Shown piece by piece: positions 24,671-33,585 of a DNA stretch of 64,000 nucleotides. The notes under the pieces were generated by a model, which was not told the DNA's origin, did not search any database, and worked only from the letters and a program-made list of their open reading frames with translations. Source of the DNA: Candidatus Levyibacteriota bacterium (GTDB lineage Bacteria > Patescibacteriota > Microgenomatia > Levybacterales > UBA12049); contig JACPLG010000008.1 of NCBI GenBank assembly GCA_016186625.1, positions 80,689 to 144,688 of the forward strand, in the 5' to 3' direction. Both the position numbers and the translations under genes were made by a program. How positions within the stretch are numbered: the first letter of the stretch is position 1; each line of letters begins with the position of its first letter.

Positions 24671-27600
24671 ATTACGTACTCATCCCATGACCTTATTGGT
24701 AGATCCTCGATCCTTTTGGTAGCAATCGTTTTTATAAAAAGCTCTGCTTTTTTTAGATTTGTAAAAAGAGGAATATTGTGATCTACCGCACCTCTTCGCA
24801 TTAAGTAGTCATCGCTTAAGTGCTTGGCCAAATAGATATCTGAAATATTTATGGCCAGATCAATGAATCCTTTTTGGAAATAATCCAAAATATTTGGGTT
24901 TTTGCCCTCATAAATTTTATAGATTCTTTTAACCGTTATACCATTTTGATTTAAGAAATTAGCGGTTTTCTCGGTGGCATAAATTGGAATACCTAGCTTT
25001 AAAAGATATGGGATTGAATCTAGAAATTTTATTTTATTTTCATCTCCTCCAAGAGTAACAAATACTCCTTTTTTTGGGATTTTTCCTCCAACGGAAAGCT
25101 CTGCCTTAAGGAAAGCTTCTTCAAGATCCTGTCCAAAACATGCCACTTCTCCAGTTGAAGTCATCTCAACATCAAGCACCGGATCCGCACCCGCAAGTCT
25201 GGCAAATGAAAATTGAGCAACTTTAGTTGCAACATATGGATAATCCATATGGCCTATTATTTTTTCGTCTTTGCATTTGCCAAAAAAAGAGTCAATTGCA
25301 ACATCCATAAAGTTTATTCGAGTCACTTTTGAAATAAAAGGAAAAGTGCGTGAACTTCTAAGATTAATTTCAATAACAGAAATATCATTATCCTTTGCAA
25401 GACACTGAATGTTAAAAGGGCCGGTTATTAGCAAATTTTTTGCAAGACCCTCGGAAACTGCCCGCAGTTTTCGAAGAGTTTCTATATAAATTTTTTGTGG
25501 GGGAAAAACAATTGATGCATCGCCCGAGTGAACTCCTGCATTTTCAACGTGCTCTGAGACCGCAAAAACTTTTATTTTTCCGTTCTGTGCCACAGCATCT
25601 ATTTCAATTTCTTTCGCATCCTCAATAAATTTGGAAATGGTTACCGGGTACTCTTTTGAGATCACGGAAATTTTTTCAAGAAATGATACCAGTTCTTCAT
25701 TTGAATGAATTATTCTCATGTTGCTTCCCGAAAGCACAAATGACGGACGAACCAATACCGGAAAGCCGACTTTTTTTACAAAATTTAGGGCATCGGAAAC
25801 ATTGGTAAAATTATTCCATGGAGGCTGTTTTATATTTAATTTGTCAAGAAGAGAGGAAAATTTACCCCTGTCTTCTGCTTGATCAATATTTTTAGGATCT
25901 GTTCCCAAAATGTTAAATCCGTAAGCTTTAAGTTCTTTTGCCCTGTTATTTGGGGTTTGTCCCCCAACAGATACAACTGTTCCAAGAGGTTTTTCAAATT
26001 CCAAAATATCCGCAATCCTCTCAAAAGTCAGCTCTTCAAAATATAATTTATCAGAGATATCGTAATCTGTTGAGACAGTCTCAGGATTGCAGTTTATAAC
26101 GATTGTCTTCTTCTTATGTTTTTTAAGAGCTTTAATTGCAGCAACACTTGTCCAGTCAAACTCAACAGAAGATCCAATTCTGTACGGGCCAGATCCTAGC
26201 ACAACAACCCCCAATTTTGCGGAAGGCTTTATGTCATTATGGGAGGCATTGTATGTAAGATATAAGTAATTAGTTTGCGCTGGGAATTCTCCCGCTAGGG
26301 TATCTATTTGAAAAACTGACGGGATAATTCCAAATTTTTTCCTGATTCTTCTAATTTCAAGTCCCAATTTGTCGGTAAGTTCTCCTATTCTTTTGTCTGA
26401 AAAGCCGAGCTGTTTTAACTCAAGGAGCTCGGATTTATCAAATATTAATTTTTTGTTTTTCCTAATTTTATCTTCATGGTTTGTGATGTTTCTGATCCTA
26501 TAGAGAAACCAAGGGTCAATACCGGTGAGTTTATAAACTTTATTGACGGCAGAATTCCTCTTGAAGCTTTCAGATATGGCAAAAATTCGCTCAGGCGTGG
26601 GTTTTTCCAAAGCTTCGGTTAGTCTTCCATTTGAAAAATCAGCAAACATCTCATCGTTTACAACTCCTTCAAAGTCAAGATCCAGCATTCTGATTGCTTT
26701 TTGATATGCCTCACCAAAAGTGCGGCCTATTCCCATCACTTCCCCAACGGACTTCATACTGCTTCCTATTCTGGGATCTGCATTTTTAAATTTATTTATA
26801 TCCCAGCGGGGAATTTTTATGGTTACATAATCAAGAGCCGGTTCAAAGCAAAATTGTGTTGCTTTGGTAACTTTGTTAGTAAGTTCCACTAGATTCATCC
26901 CTAAGGCCAGTTTTGCCGCAACATAAGCCAAAGGATAGCCCGTTGCCTTACTAGCAAGGGCTGAGCTTCTAGAAAGCCTTGCGTTTAGTTCAATTACATA
27001 GTATTCAAGCTGCCCGTTTTTTGGGCGGGGATTTAGCGCAAACTGCACATTACACTCCCCTACAATCCCTAGACTTCTTACTATTTTTATAGAAACGCTC
27101 CTAAGCTTATGGTATTCATTGTTTGTAAGAGTTTGAGAAGGGGCAATTACAACTGATTCTCCGGTATGGATTCCCAATGGGTCCATATTTTCCATATTGC
27201 ACACCGTAACCGCGTTATCAGCGCTGTCCCTAACCACCTCGTATTCAACTTCTTTATAATGGTGAAGATATTTCTCAATTAAAACCTGCGGAACAAATGA
27301 AAACGCTTTTTCCAAAATCCTCTCAAGCTCTTTTTGGCTATTTGCAATTCCTGAGCTCTGACCTCCTAGTGCAAAACCCGCTCTTACCATAACCGGATAT
27401 TTAATTTTGGAAGCAATTTTAATTGCCTCTTTTATGCTTGTTGCAGCTTGACTCGGAGGAGTAAACACATTGATTTTTTTAAGATGTTCAACAAATTTTT
27501 TTCTGTCTTCTGAAATATCAACTGCTGAAATTGGAGATCCTAGAATTTTAACTTTATTTTTTCTAAGAATTCCTTTTTTATTTAGCTTAAGCCCGCAATT

Positions 27601-27885
27601 GAGAGCGGTTTGTCCTCCAAAAGAAATCAAGATTCCGTCTGGCTTTTCTTTTTTAATTATTTTTTCAACAAAAAATGGACTAACCGGGAGAAAATAGACT
27701 TTATCTGCAAGGTAATCTGATGTTTGGATGGTAGCAATGTTAGGGTTTACCAAAACAGTTTTTATTCCCTCTTCCTTAAGTGCTTTTATGGCCTGAGAGC
27801 CAGAGTAATCAAACTCCCCCGCCTCCCCAATTTTTAATGCACCTGAGCCTAGTATCAAGACTTTCTTAATGTTTGCTTTGTTCAT
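24667..27885 (-). CDS. carB: Carbamoyl-phosphate synthase large subunit
   Basis: 1072 aa; duplicated ATP-grasp halves; C-terminal MGS-like domain; conserved CPSase signatures throughout. Confidence 0.95.
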   Translation of the reverse strand: MNKANIKKVLILGSGALKIGEAGEFDYSGSQAIKALKEEGIKTVLVNPNIATIQTSDYLADKVYFLPVSPFFVEKIIKKEKPDGILISFGGQTALNCGLKLNKKGILRKNKVKILGSPISAVDISEDRKKFVEHLKKINVFTPPSQAATSIKEAIKIASKIKYPVMVRAGFALGGQSSGIANSQKELERILEKAFSFVPQVLIEKYLHHYKEVEYEVVRDSADNAVTVCNMENMDPLGIHTGESVVIAPSQTLTNNEYHKLRSVSIKIVRSLGIVGECNVQFALNPRPKNGQLEYYVIELNARLSRSSALASKATGYPLAYVAAKLALGMNLVELTNKVTKATQFCFEPALDYVTIKIPRWDINKFKNADPRIGSSMKSVGEVMGIGRTFGEAYQKAIRMLDLDFEGVVNDEMFADFSNGRLTEALEKPTPERIFAISESFKRNSAVNKVYKLTGIDPWFLYRIRNITNHEDKIRKNKKLIFDKSELLELKQLGFSDKRIGELTDKLGLEIRRIRKKFGIIPSVFQIDTLAGEFPAQTNYLYLTYNASHNDIKPSAKLGVVVLGSGPYRIGSSVEFDWTSVAAIKALKKHKKKTIVINCNPETVSTDYDISDKLYFEELTFERIADILEFEKPLGTVVSVGGQTPNNRAKELKAYGFNILGTDPKNIDQAEDRGKFSSLLDKLNIKQPPWNNFTNVSDALNFVKKVGFPVLVRPSFVLSGSNMRIIHSNEELVSFLEKISVISKEYPVTISKFIEDAKEIEIDAVAQNGKIKVFAVSEHVENAGVHSGDASIVFPPQKIYIETLRKLRAVSEGLAKNLLITGPFNIQCLAKDNDISVIEINLRSSRTFPFISKVTRINFMDVAIDSFFGKCKDEKIIGHMDYPYVATKVAQFSFARLAGADPVLDVEMTSTGEVACFGQDLEEAFLKAELSVGGKIPKKGVFVTLGGDENKIKFLDSIPYLLKLGIPIYATEKTANFLNQNGITVKRIYKIYEGKNPNILDYFQKGFIDLAINISDIYLAKHLSDDYLMRRGAVDHNIPLFTNLKKAELFIKTIATKRIEDLPIRSWDEYVI

Positions 27886-27991
27886 TCAATTGTTTGAATA
27901 ATATTAAATATCAAATATAAAATAGTAAATATACATAGAAAATTTTAAATATATTTTATTTTTGATTTGTATTTTTTAAATTTCATTTTTA

Positions 27992-29047
27992 CTATTTAAT
28001 ATGTTTTAAGAAATAATCAAAGATCCACTCTGTGTCTTCGGGGCCCGGTGTTGCTTCAGGATGAAATTGGACCGACATGACTGGTTTTCTTTTATGAATA
28101 ATCCCCTCGTTTGAATTGTCATTTGCATTTGTAAACCAAGGATAAAAATTTGGCGGAATTTTACTTACTTCAAATCCGTGATTTTGAGTTGTTATAAAAC
28201 ACCGCTGAGTTGGTTTCCCCTTTTCAAATAATAGGCATGGCTGATTTTGACTCCTGTGGCCGTATTTAAGTTTTGCAGTGTCTCCGCCTGAAGCTAAAGC
28301 TAAGAGCTGATTTCCCAAACAAACTCCGAGGATTGGAATGCTCAGAGACATTAATTTCTTAATGTTTTCAATAGTTCGGAGGACAAACTTGGGATTTCCC
28401 GGACCATTTGAAATCACAACTGCGTCAATTCTCATTCTTAGTTCTTCATTTGTCAAATCAAAATCCCAAGGTACAGTGATTACATTTACCTTTCTTTTTA
28501 AAAGAGCCCTCTGAATATTTCTTTTTGCACCGCAATCAATCAGAAGAATATTTTTGGAAGACTTAGAATAAGTCTCCCTGTTAATTTTTTTCGTTGAAAC
28601 TTTCTCTACCAAATTTTCATGGTCAGGATCATAGAACAGTATGTCTTGTTCTAAAACGATTTTTCCAAGAAGCGTTCCTTTTTTTCTTATCATCTGCGTA
28701 AGGAGTCTAGTGTCTTTAATTTGTAACCCGGGAATATTTTCTGAGACCAGCCAATCAGATAAAGATTGCTTACTCTGAAAGTGATATGGTGTGTCTATGT
28801 AGTTACTCACAATGAGTCCAGATACCATAATCTTGTCAGCTTCCCAGAATTTTTTGTCAGGAATTCCATAATTTCCTACCAGAGGATATGTAAGGACAAG
28901 AATTTGTCCTTTGTAAGATGGATCAGTAAGGCTTTCAGGATAACCCATCATTCCGGTTGAAAAGACAACTTCCCCGGCGGAGGATATATTTGCCCCAAAA
29001 CTCTCACCTTCAAAAGTTAAGCCATTTTTAAATACTAACTTCCCCAT
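27992..29047 (-). CDS. carA: Carbamoyl-phosphate synthase small subunit (glutamine amidotransferase)
   Basis: GVCLGNQLLALASGG (class I GATase Cys) and CPSase small N-domain. Confidence 0.9.
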   Translation of the reverse strand: MGKLVFKNGLTFEGESFGANISSAGEVVFSTGMMGYPESLTDPSYKGQILVLTYPLVGNYGIPDKKFWEADKIMVSGLIVSNYIDTPYHFQSKQSLSDWLVSENIPGLQIKDTRLLTQMIRKKGTLLGKIVLEQDILFYDPDHENLVEKVSTKKINRETYSKSSKNILLIDCGAKRNIQRALLKRKVNVITVPWDFDLTNEELRMRIDAVVISNGPGNPKFVLRTIENIKKLMSLSIPILGVCLGNQLLALASGGDTAKLKYGHRSQNQPCLLFEKGKPTQRCFITTQNHGFEVSKIPPNFYPWFTNANDNSNEGIIHKRKPVMSVQFHPEATPGPEDTEWIFDYFLKHIK

Positions 29048-29057
29048 TTCGTTTTAC

Positions 29058-30032
29058 TCACTTACTTTTTCCTAAAATCAAAGCAAGGAGTGCCATTCGG
29101 ATATACATACCGTTTCTAATTTCCGAGCGAAGGTACACCGCATTTGGATTTTTATCAACTTCCGGAAGTATTTCGCCAACGCGGGGCAAAGGGTGCATAA
29201 AAATCGTGTTTTTACCAGCCCTCTCTTTTATAAGTTTGTTATCAAGTACAAAGCGATTTTTTACCTTTTCATACGCGCTTTCGGACTTAAACCTTTCTTT
29301 TTGAACTCTTGTCCAATACCAAAAATCCGCATTTTTTGGAATATCTTTCTCCGATTCAATTTCTACCAACTCTAGCTTCCCACTTTCCATGTGGGAACTC
29401 AGATCTTCCCTGCTTAATCGAAGCTCTTTTGGGGAAAGAAGATAAAGTTTATTACCATTGAACTTTGAGAGACCCCGGATTAATGAATGGATTGTTCTTC
29501 CATTTAACATATCTCCTGCCAAAACTCCTATTAAATTATCTAGTTTTTTTGTTCGCTCATAAATTGTATAAAGGTCAAGCAAAGCTTGTGTGGGGTGTTC
29601 TCCGATTCCGTCACCTGCATTGATAACAGGAACAAACCCAGCTGCCTGGGCTGCCTTAAGCGTCGCTCCTTTCTTTGGATGCCTGAGGACAATTACATCA
29701 CAGTAAGCCTCAAAAACCCTGATCGTATCCTCAAGACTTTCCCCCTTTGAAACCGATGAAAAATGTTCTGGATCAAGAATTTCAACAGTTGAGCCTCCAA
29801 GTTGTTTTACTGCTGCGACAAATGATCCGAAGGTTCTACTTGACGGTTCATAAAAAATAAGGGTAACAATGTTACCCTTAAGAAGATCCGAAGGTCTTGC
29901 GTTTTTGGCAATTAGAAGCATGCCCACGGTTTTCTTAAAAAGAATAGATATGTCCTTAGGGGAAAATTGATCCAGAGAAATAATATCTTTACCTTTGTAT
30001 TTACCATTTATGGGCTCAATCGGACTGACCAT
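29058..30032 (-). CDS. pyrB: Aspartate carbamoyltransferase catalytic subunit
   Basis: FYEPSSRTFGSF (STRTR-type motif), MHPLPRVGEI (HPLPR, ATCase-type rather than OTCase HCLP); adjacent to carAB. Confidence 0.8.
   Translation of the reverse strand: MVSPIEPINGKYKGKDIISLDQFSPKDISILFKKTVGMLLIAKNARPSDLLKGNIVTLIFYEPSSRTFGSFVAAVKQLGGSTVEILDPEHFSSVSKGESLEDTIRVFEAYCDVIVLRHPKKGATLKAAQAAGFVPVINAGDGIGEHPTQALLDLYTIYERTKKLDNLIGVLAGDMLNGRTIHSLIRGLSKFNGNKLYLLSPKELRLSREDLSSHMESGKLELVEIESEKDIPKNADFWYWTRVQKERFKSESAYEKVKNRFVLDNKLIKERAGKNTIFMHPLPRVGEILPEVDKNPNAVYLRSEIRNGMYIRMALLALILGKSK
29376..29397. repeat. REP-1 copy lying in-frame inside pyrB (encodes ...SSHMESGK...)
   Basis: CTTCCCACTTTCCATGTGGGAA within the pyrB ORF. 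Confidence 0.6.
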
Positions 30033-30139
30033 AAAAAAATCCTTCGACTAGCTTAGGATTAACCAGCGAACTCTGGGACTAAAGTCTAACAAAAAGAATA
30101 TCTTGCGTCAATGAGAAAATAGTTTGGTAAAATATCTTT

Positions 30140-31093
30140 GTGAAGAAACACTTCGTTTTCTTTGTTTGCATACTGATAATAGCAGGGAGCGGTTTTGGTC
30201 TTTTTGTGTATCACCAAAAATCACTAGCCAGAAATATTTACTCCCCTCTTCCGGACTCATTGAACAAAAAGGAAAATCCAGAGGTTATGAGTCTTGATTT
30301 TTGGCTGCCGAGTCTGTTTGGTTTTTTTGACAGCGATGATGTCCCCGCGCTTAGTGCAAAATCGGTGTTGGTTTATGATCTTTCGGAAGAAAAGACAATT
30401 TATGAGAAAAATTCCAAAGATCGGCTTCCTATGGCATCTCTCACTAAAATTATGACTGCAATGGTGGCAATTGACCACAAAAGAGAGGATGATCGCTATA
30501 CTATATCTTCAGAGGATCTGGTTGGAGAAAATACAATCGGACTCTCGGCTGGAGAATCAATGAGTTTGGAAGAGCTTCTTTATGGTATTTTTATGTATTC
30601 TGCAAATGAAGCCGCTGAGGCACTTGCATCTAATACTTTAGGCCGCGAAAGTTTTATCAAGGCCATGAATGACAAGGCAAAAGCGCTCGGCCTTGAAAAC
30701 ACAAATTTCACCAACCCAACGGGTTTTGAAGGCGATGGAGACCAATATACTACAGCTTATGACTTACTCGTACTCTCGCGATATGCTGTCACAAACTATC
30801 CTCAAATCATAAAAGCATCAAGCACTGAGAAAATTTTTATTCCGCAAACAGAAGATCACTATGCATATGATATGTATAACCAGACAAATTTAATAACTTC
30901 CTATCCCGGTGTAAAAGGTTTAAAAGATGGATATACTCCCGAAGCAGGGCTTTGTCTGGTTACATATCTTGATTACGGCGGACATAAAATTATAGGAATT
31001 ATTCTGGGAAGTGAAAACAGAAGGCAGGAAATGAAGTCGTTGCTTGATTATTCTCTCCGCCAACAAGGCATCGAACCCCCACCCCACAGCTAA
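30140..31093 (+). CDS. D-alanyl-D-alanine carboxypeptidase (peptidase S11, PBP5-like)
   Basis: SLTK (SxxK), SANE (SxN), KDGYT (KTG-like); N-terminal TM anchor. Confidence 0.8.
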   Translation: MKKHFVFFVCILIIAGSGFGLFVYHQKSLARNIYSPLPDSLNKKENPEVMSLDFWLPSLFGFFDSDDVPALSAKSVLVYDLSEEKTIYEKNSKDRLPMASLTKIMTAMVAIDHKREDDRYTISSEDLVGENTIGLSAGESMSLEELLYGIFMYSANEAAEALASNTLGRESFIKAMNDKAKALGLENTNFTNPTGFEGDGDQYTTAYDLLVLSRYAVTNYPQIIKASSTEKIFIPQTEDHYAYDMYNQTNLITSYPGVKGLKDGYTPEAGLCLVTYLDYGGHKIIGIILGSENRRQEMKSLLDYSLRQQGIEPPPHS

Positions 31094-31097
31094 TGTA

Positions 31098-31120
31098 CCT
31101 TCCCACATGGAAAGTGGGAA
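31098..31120. repeat. REP-1 copy flanking RAYT-1
   Basis: CCTTCCCACATGGAAAGTGGGAA. Confidence 0.7.
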
Positions 31121-31128
31121 CACAGAAT

Positions 31129-31776
31129 TCAGTCATCGATGTCGATTAGAGAATCAAAAAGCGCCGGGTCAATATCATTAGTTTCCTCGACAAAACTTTG
31201 ATAGTCTCTTTCTGGATTCGATCGCGCAAAATAAGAAAGAATAAAACCTGTATCACAAAAAACATGTTTTTCCCCATAAATATAGTTACAATAAGACGAA
31301 TATGGGTAAACTCTACATTCACACATGGAAAGTGGGAAAGGGTTTCGGTGAATATATTTTGACAGTTGCAGAAGATGCCCATCGCTTTCAATATACTTTG
31401 CTTTAAAACTTCCTTGAAACAGTGGTCCTACTCTATCGTACTTAGTATTGAAATACCTTGTATAACTGTCTGATAATTTTCTTAGAAAGTGTGTAATGCC
31501 ATTATCGGTTAATTGTTTGACTAGGAGATGAAAATGGTTAGGCATCAAGCAAAAACAAAAAATACTTACTAGTTCTGTTTGGCTGTCTACTTTCTTAAGT
31601 TTAACGATTCCCCTTCTGTAGTCAGATAGTTTCATGGGCTGAGGAGATTTTCGATAAAAGTCCAGAGTTTCTAAAAATCTAAGATAGTCCCACCTATCCA
31701 AAAAGATATCTCTTTTTTCCACACCTCTATTATAAATGTGGAAGAATCCGTCGGTGATAAAAGGAGGATTCTTCAT
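31129..31776 (-). CDS. REP-associated tyrosine transposase (RAYT; IS200/IS605 TnpA-like HUH Y1 transposase), family 1
   Basis: HIYNRGV, MPNHFHLLV (HUH), YIHRNP (catalytic Tyr); flanked by REP-1 copies on both sides. Confidence 0.8.
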   Translation of the reverse strand: MKNPPFITDGFFHIYNRGVEKRDIFLDRWDYLRFLETLDFYRKSPQPMKLSDYRRGIVKLKKVDSQTELVSIFCFCLMPNHFHLLVKQLTDNGITHFLRKLSDSYTRYFNTKYDRVGPLFQGSFKAKYIESDGHLLQLSKYIHRNPFPLSMCECRVYPYSSYCNYIYGEKHVFCDTGFILSYFARSNPERDYQSFVEETNDIDPALFDSLIDIDD

Positions 31777-31806
31777 AAGCGTAATATATTAATTTAACCA
31801 TAAGTA

Positions 31807-31831
31807 CCTTCCCACATGTCAAGTGGGAAGG
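31807..31831. repeat. REP-1 copy flanking RAYT-1
   Basis: CCTTCCCACATGTCAAGTGGGAAGG. Confidence 0.7.
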
Positions 31832-31896
31832 TAAACTTTCCCTCTGGAGCTTGGGTTTGATATGCGCTTCTTATCCTTGTATAATATTAGCTACGC

Positions 31897-31979
31897 GCCG
31901 CGGTGGTGGAATGGTAGACACGAAGGCCTTAAGAGCCTTTGCCCTCACGGGTGTGAGAGTTCGAGTCTCTCTCGCGGTA
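31897..31979 (+). tRNA. tRNA-Leu (anticodon TAA), preceded by a TTGTATAAT -10
   Basis: GCCGCGGTGGTGGAATGGTAGACACGAAGGCCTTAAGAGCCTT...GAGAGTTCGAGTCTCTCTCGCGGTA. Confidence 0.8.
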
Positions 31980-31981
31980 CC

Positions 31982-32015
31982 GGGGACTAGCTCAGTTGAA
32001 GTAGCGACTAATTTT
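31982..32015 (+). pseudogene. tRNA 5'-fragment (acceptor + D-arm only)
   Basis: GGGGACTAGCTCAGTTGAAGTAGCGACTAATTTTC then intact tRNA-Pro begins. Confidence 0.3.
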
Positions 32016-32089
32016 CGGGGTGTAGCGTAGTTGGCTAGCGCGCCTCGTTTGGGACGAGGAGGTCGTCGGTTCGAATCCGACCACCCCGA
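32016..32089 (+). tRNA. tRNA-Pro (anticodon TGG)
   Basis: CGGGGTGTAGCGTAGTTGGCTAGCGCGCCTCGTTTGGGACGAGGAGGTCGTCGGTTCGAATCCGACCACCCCGA. Confidence 0.8.
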
Positions 32090-32099
32090 CTGGAAGTAT

Positions 32100-32411
32100 T
32101 TAAGGTTGGCCTTCTTCGAGATATGGGACGGGAATATCAGTTTCTAGTGCCCTATTTGATAATGCTACTTCTATGGCTCCAATTTGCTCATCAGTTGGAT
32201 CAGGTATGTCTCTCTTTGCAGCAATTGTTGCTGTGCTCCATCTTACATCAGCATGAAACCTTCGATCAATTTCAGCAACAAAACTTGGGTCAGGACCATC
32301 TAATTCTTCCGTTGTGTGGGATTGCTCATTTAGCCCAGGTCCATTAACTACTCGTGGAATAAAGGGAATCGGTCCTAAAAATGCCTCGTGTCTTGAAGAA
32401 CTATTTGCCAT
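32100..32411 (-). CDS. Hypothetical acidic protein
   Basis: 103 aa; GC-richer; weak RBS; no motif. Confidence 0.3.
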   Translation of the reverse strand: MANSSSRHEAFLGPIPFIPRVVNGPGLNEQSHTTEELDGPDPSFVAEIDRRFHADVRWSTATIAAKRDIPDPTDEQIGAIEVALSNRALETDIPVPYLEEGQP

Positions 32412-32466
32412 AATTAATCCGCAATATAAATCATCTATAGCTATAAGTCAAGAAAGCAGAATCTGA

Positions 32467-32598
32467 GCGGGTGAAGGGAATCCCATTCGACTTCGCTCAG
32501 GGTAAACTTCTCATCCCTTCACGCTGGATTCCACCAGCCCACCGCGAATGGTGAGCAATTCGTCATGAGCTCATTGTCGAATGACTTGTCGAATCCAG
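32467..32598. repeat. MITE-like element at the tRNA-Gly 3' end, bounded by a partial duplicate of the tRNA 3' end (GAGCGGGTGAAGGGAATCCC)
   Basis: Intact tRNA 3' AGAGCGGGTGAAGGGAATCGAACCC at 32598-32621 and partial copy at 32467-32488; between them ATTCGAC...GTCGAATGACTTGTCGAA. Confidence 0.5.
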
Positions 32599-32669
32599 AG
32601 CGGGTGAAGGGAATCGAACCCTCGTATCCACTTTGGAAAAGTGGTGTTCTGCCATTGAACTACACCCGC
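32599..32669 (-). tRNA. tRNA-Gly (anticodon TCC)
   Basis: GCGGGTGTAGTTCAATGGCAGAACACCACTTTTCCAAAGTGGATACGAGGGTTCGATTCCCTTCACCCGCT. Confidence 0.8.
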
Positions 32670-32862
32670 GCGCGAAGCGTGGGACGAAACCAAGGGTTTC
32701 TTCCCAACGATCTTCCTTTAAGGATGCACGAGGCCGGTAAAATCATCAAGCGAGCGGCCCTGACGTGCAATATCTAGCGTTTTGCGTAATCTTAATTCTA
32801 TCAAACTTGAGTGGTTATATTCAATTATTTCACGGCGCGGAGGACGAAAGCGCGGTTGATTA

Positions 32863-33534
32863 TTATTCTTTTGGAGTTGGAGTTACGGATGAGAGATCGC
32901 TTCCTACAATAACTAATACTTCCCCATCTTCTCCAGTGGCAAATTTTTCAATCTTACCAACCGGCCCTCTTTCTTCAAGAACTTTTGTGAGTTCTTCTAT
33001 AAATTCTTCCGCAACGTCACTATTTACAGTTATAATTGTTTCCGTATAGTTTGAATTGTCGGCATTCCCTACGGTAGAAACTACAAATCCAGCACCTTCA
33101 AGAAGCTCTTTTACCCGTGCTCCCTCTCCGGCTATGCCGCTGCCGTTTTGCACTTCAATTTCATAAGCTTTCCTGTCTACATCTACTTTCGTTGGGGTTG
33201 GTGAAGTTTGCGGTAGTTTGATTGACTTTTCAGGCTTATCACTTAAAAAGCTGGGATTGAAGTTCTGGCTGAAAAAAAGAAAACCCCCAAACATCAAAAA
33301 TCCTACGGGAACGACAACCAGTATTATTAAAAGGATTTTTTTCCAGCTGATTCCTCCCGAGCTCTCAATTTCATCGAGGCTGTCTGCGGTTTCCTCAGGC
33401 TTAACCTCAGCCGGAGCCTGGTCTGTGGTCTTATCATCACCGGCTTTTTCTTCGTTTTCTTCCACCTCAATAGTAACTTTTGCTTCCGGTATTTCAGTTA
33501 CTTTTTTTATTCTTTTAGGTTTTTTCTCGGCCAT
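32863..33534 (-). CDS. LytR_C-domain membrane protein
   Basis: Acidic N-terminus, one TM, EIEVQNGSGIAGEGARVKELLEGAGF...TETIITVNSD (LytR C-terminal domain pattern). Confidence 0.5.
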   Translation of the reverse strand: MAEKKPKRIKKVTEIPEAKVTIEVEENEEKAGDDKTTDQAPAEVKPEETADSLDEIESSGGISWKKILLIILVVVPVGFLMFGGFLFFSQNFNPSFLSDKPEKSIKLPQTSPTPTKVDVDRKAYEIEVQNGSGIAGEGARVKELLEGAGFVVSTVGNADNSNYTETIITVNSDVAEEFIEELTKVLEERGPVGKIEKFATGEDGEVLVIVGSDLSSVTPTPKE

Positions 33535-33585
33535 TTAAAATCCGCCTACTTATATAGTAAATATACTTTGTAGCAAATGTCAAAC

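Noticed and set aside
24667-27885. Several 60-75-aa ORFs antisense to carB, and similar ones antisense to pheT, the S8 protease and others
   Set aside because: Embedded in well-supported long genes on the opposite strand; typical spurious antisense frames.
32565-32777. 70-aa plus-strand ORF
   Set aside because: Antisense to tRNA-Gly(TCC) and the MITE-like repeat.
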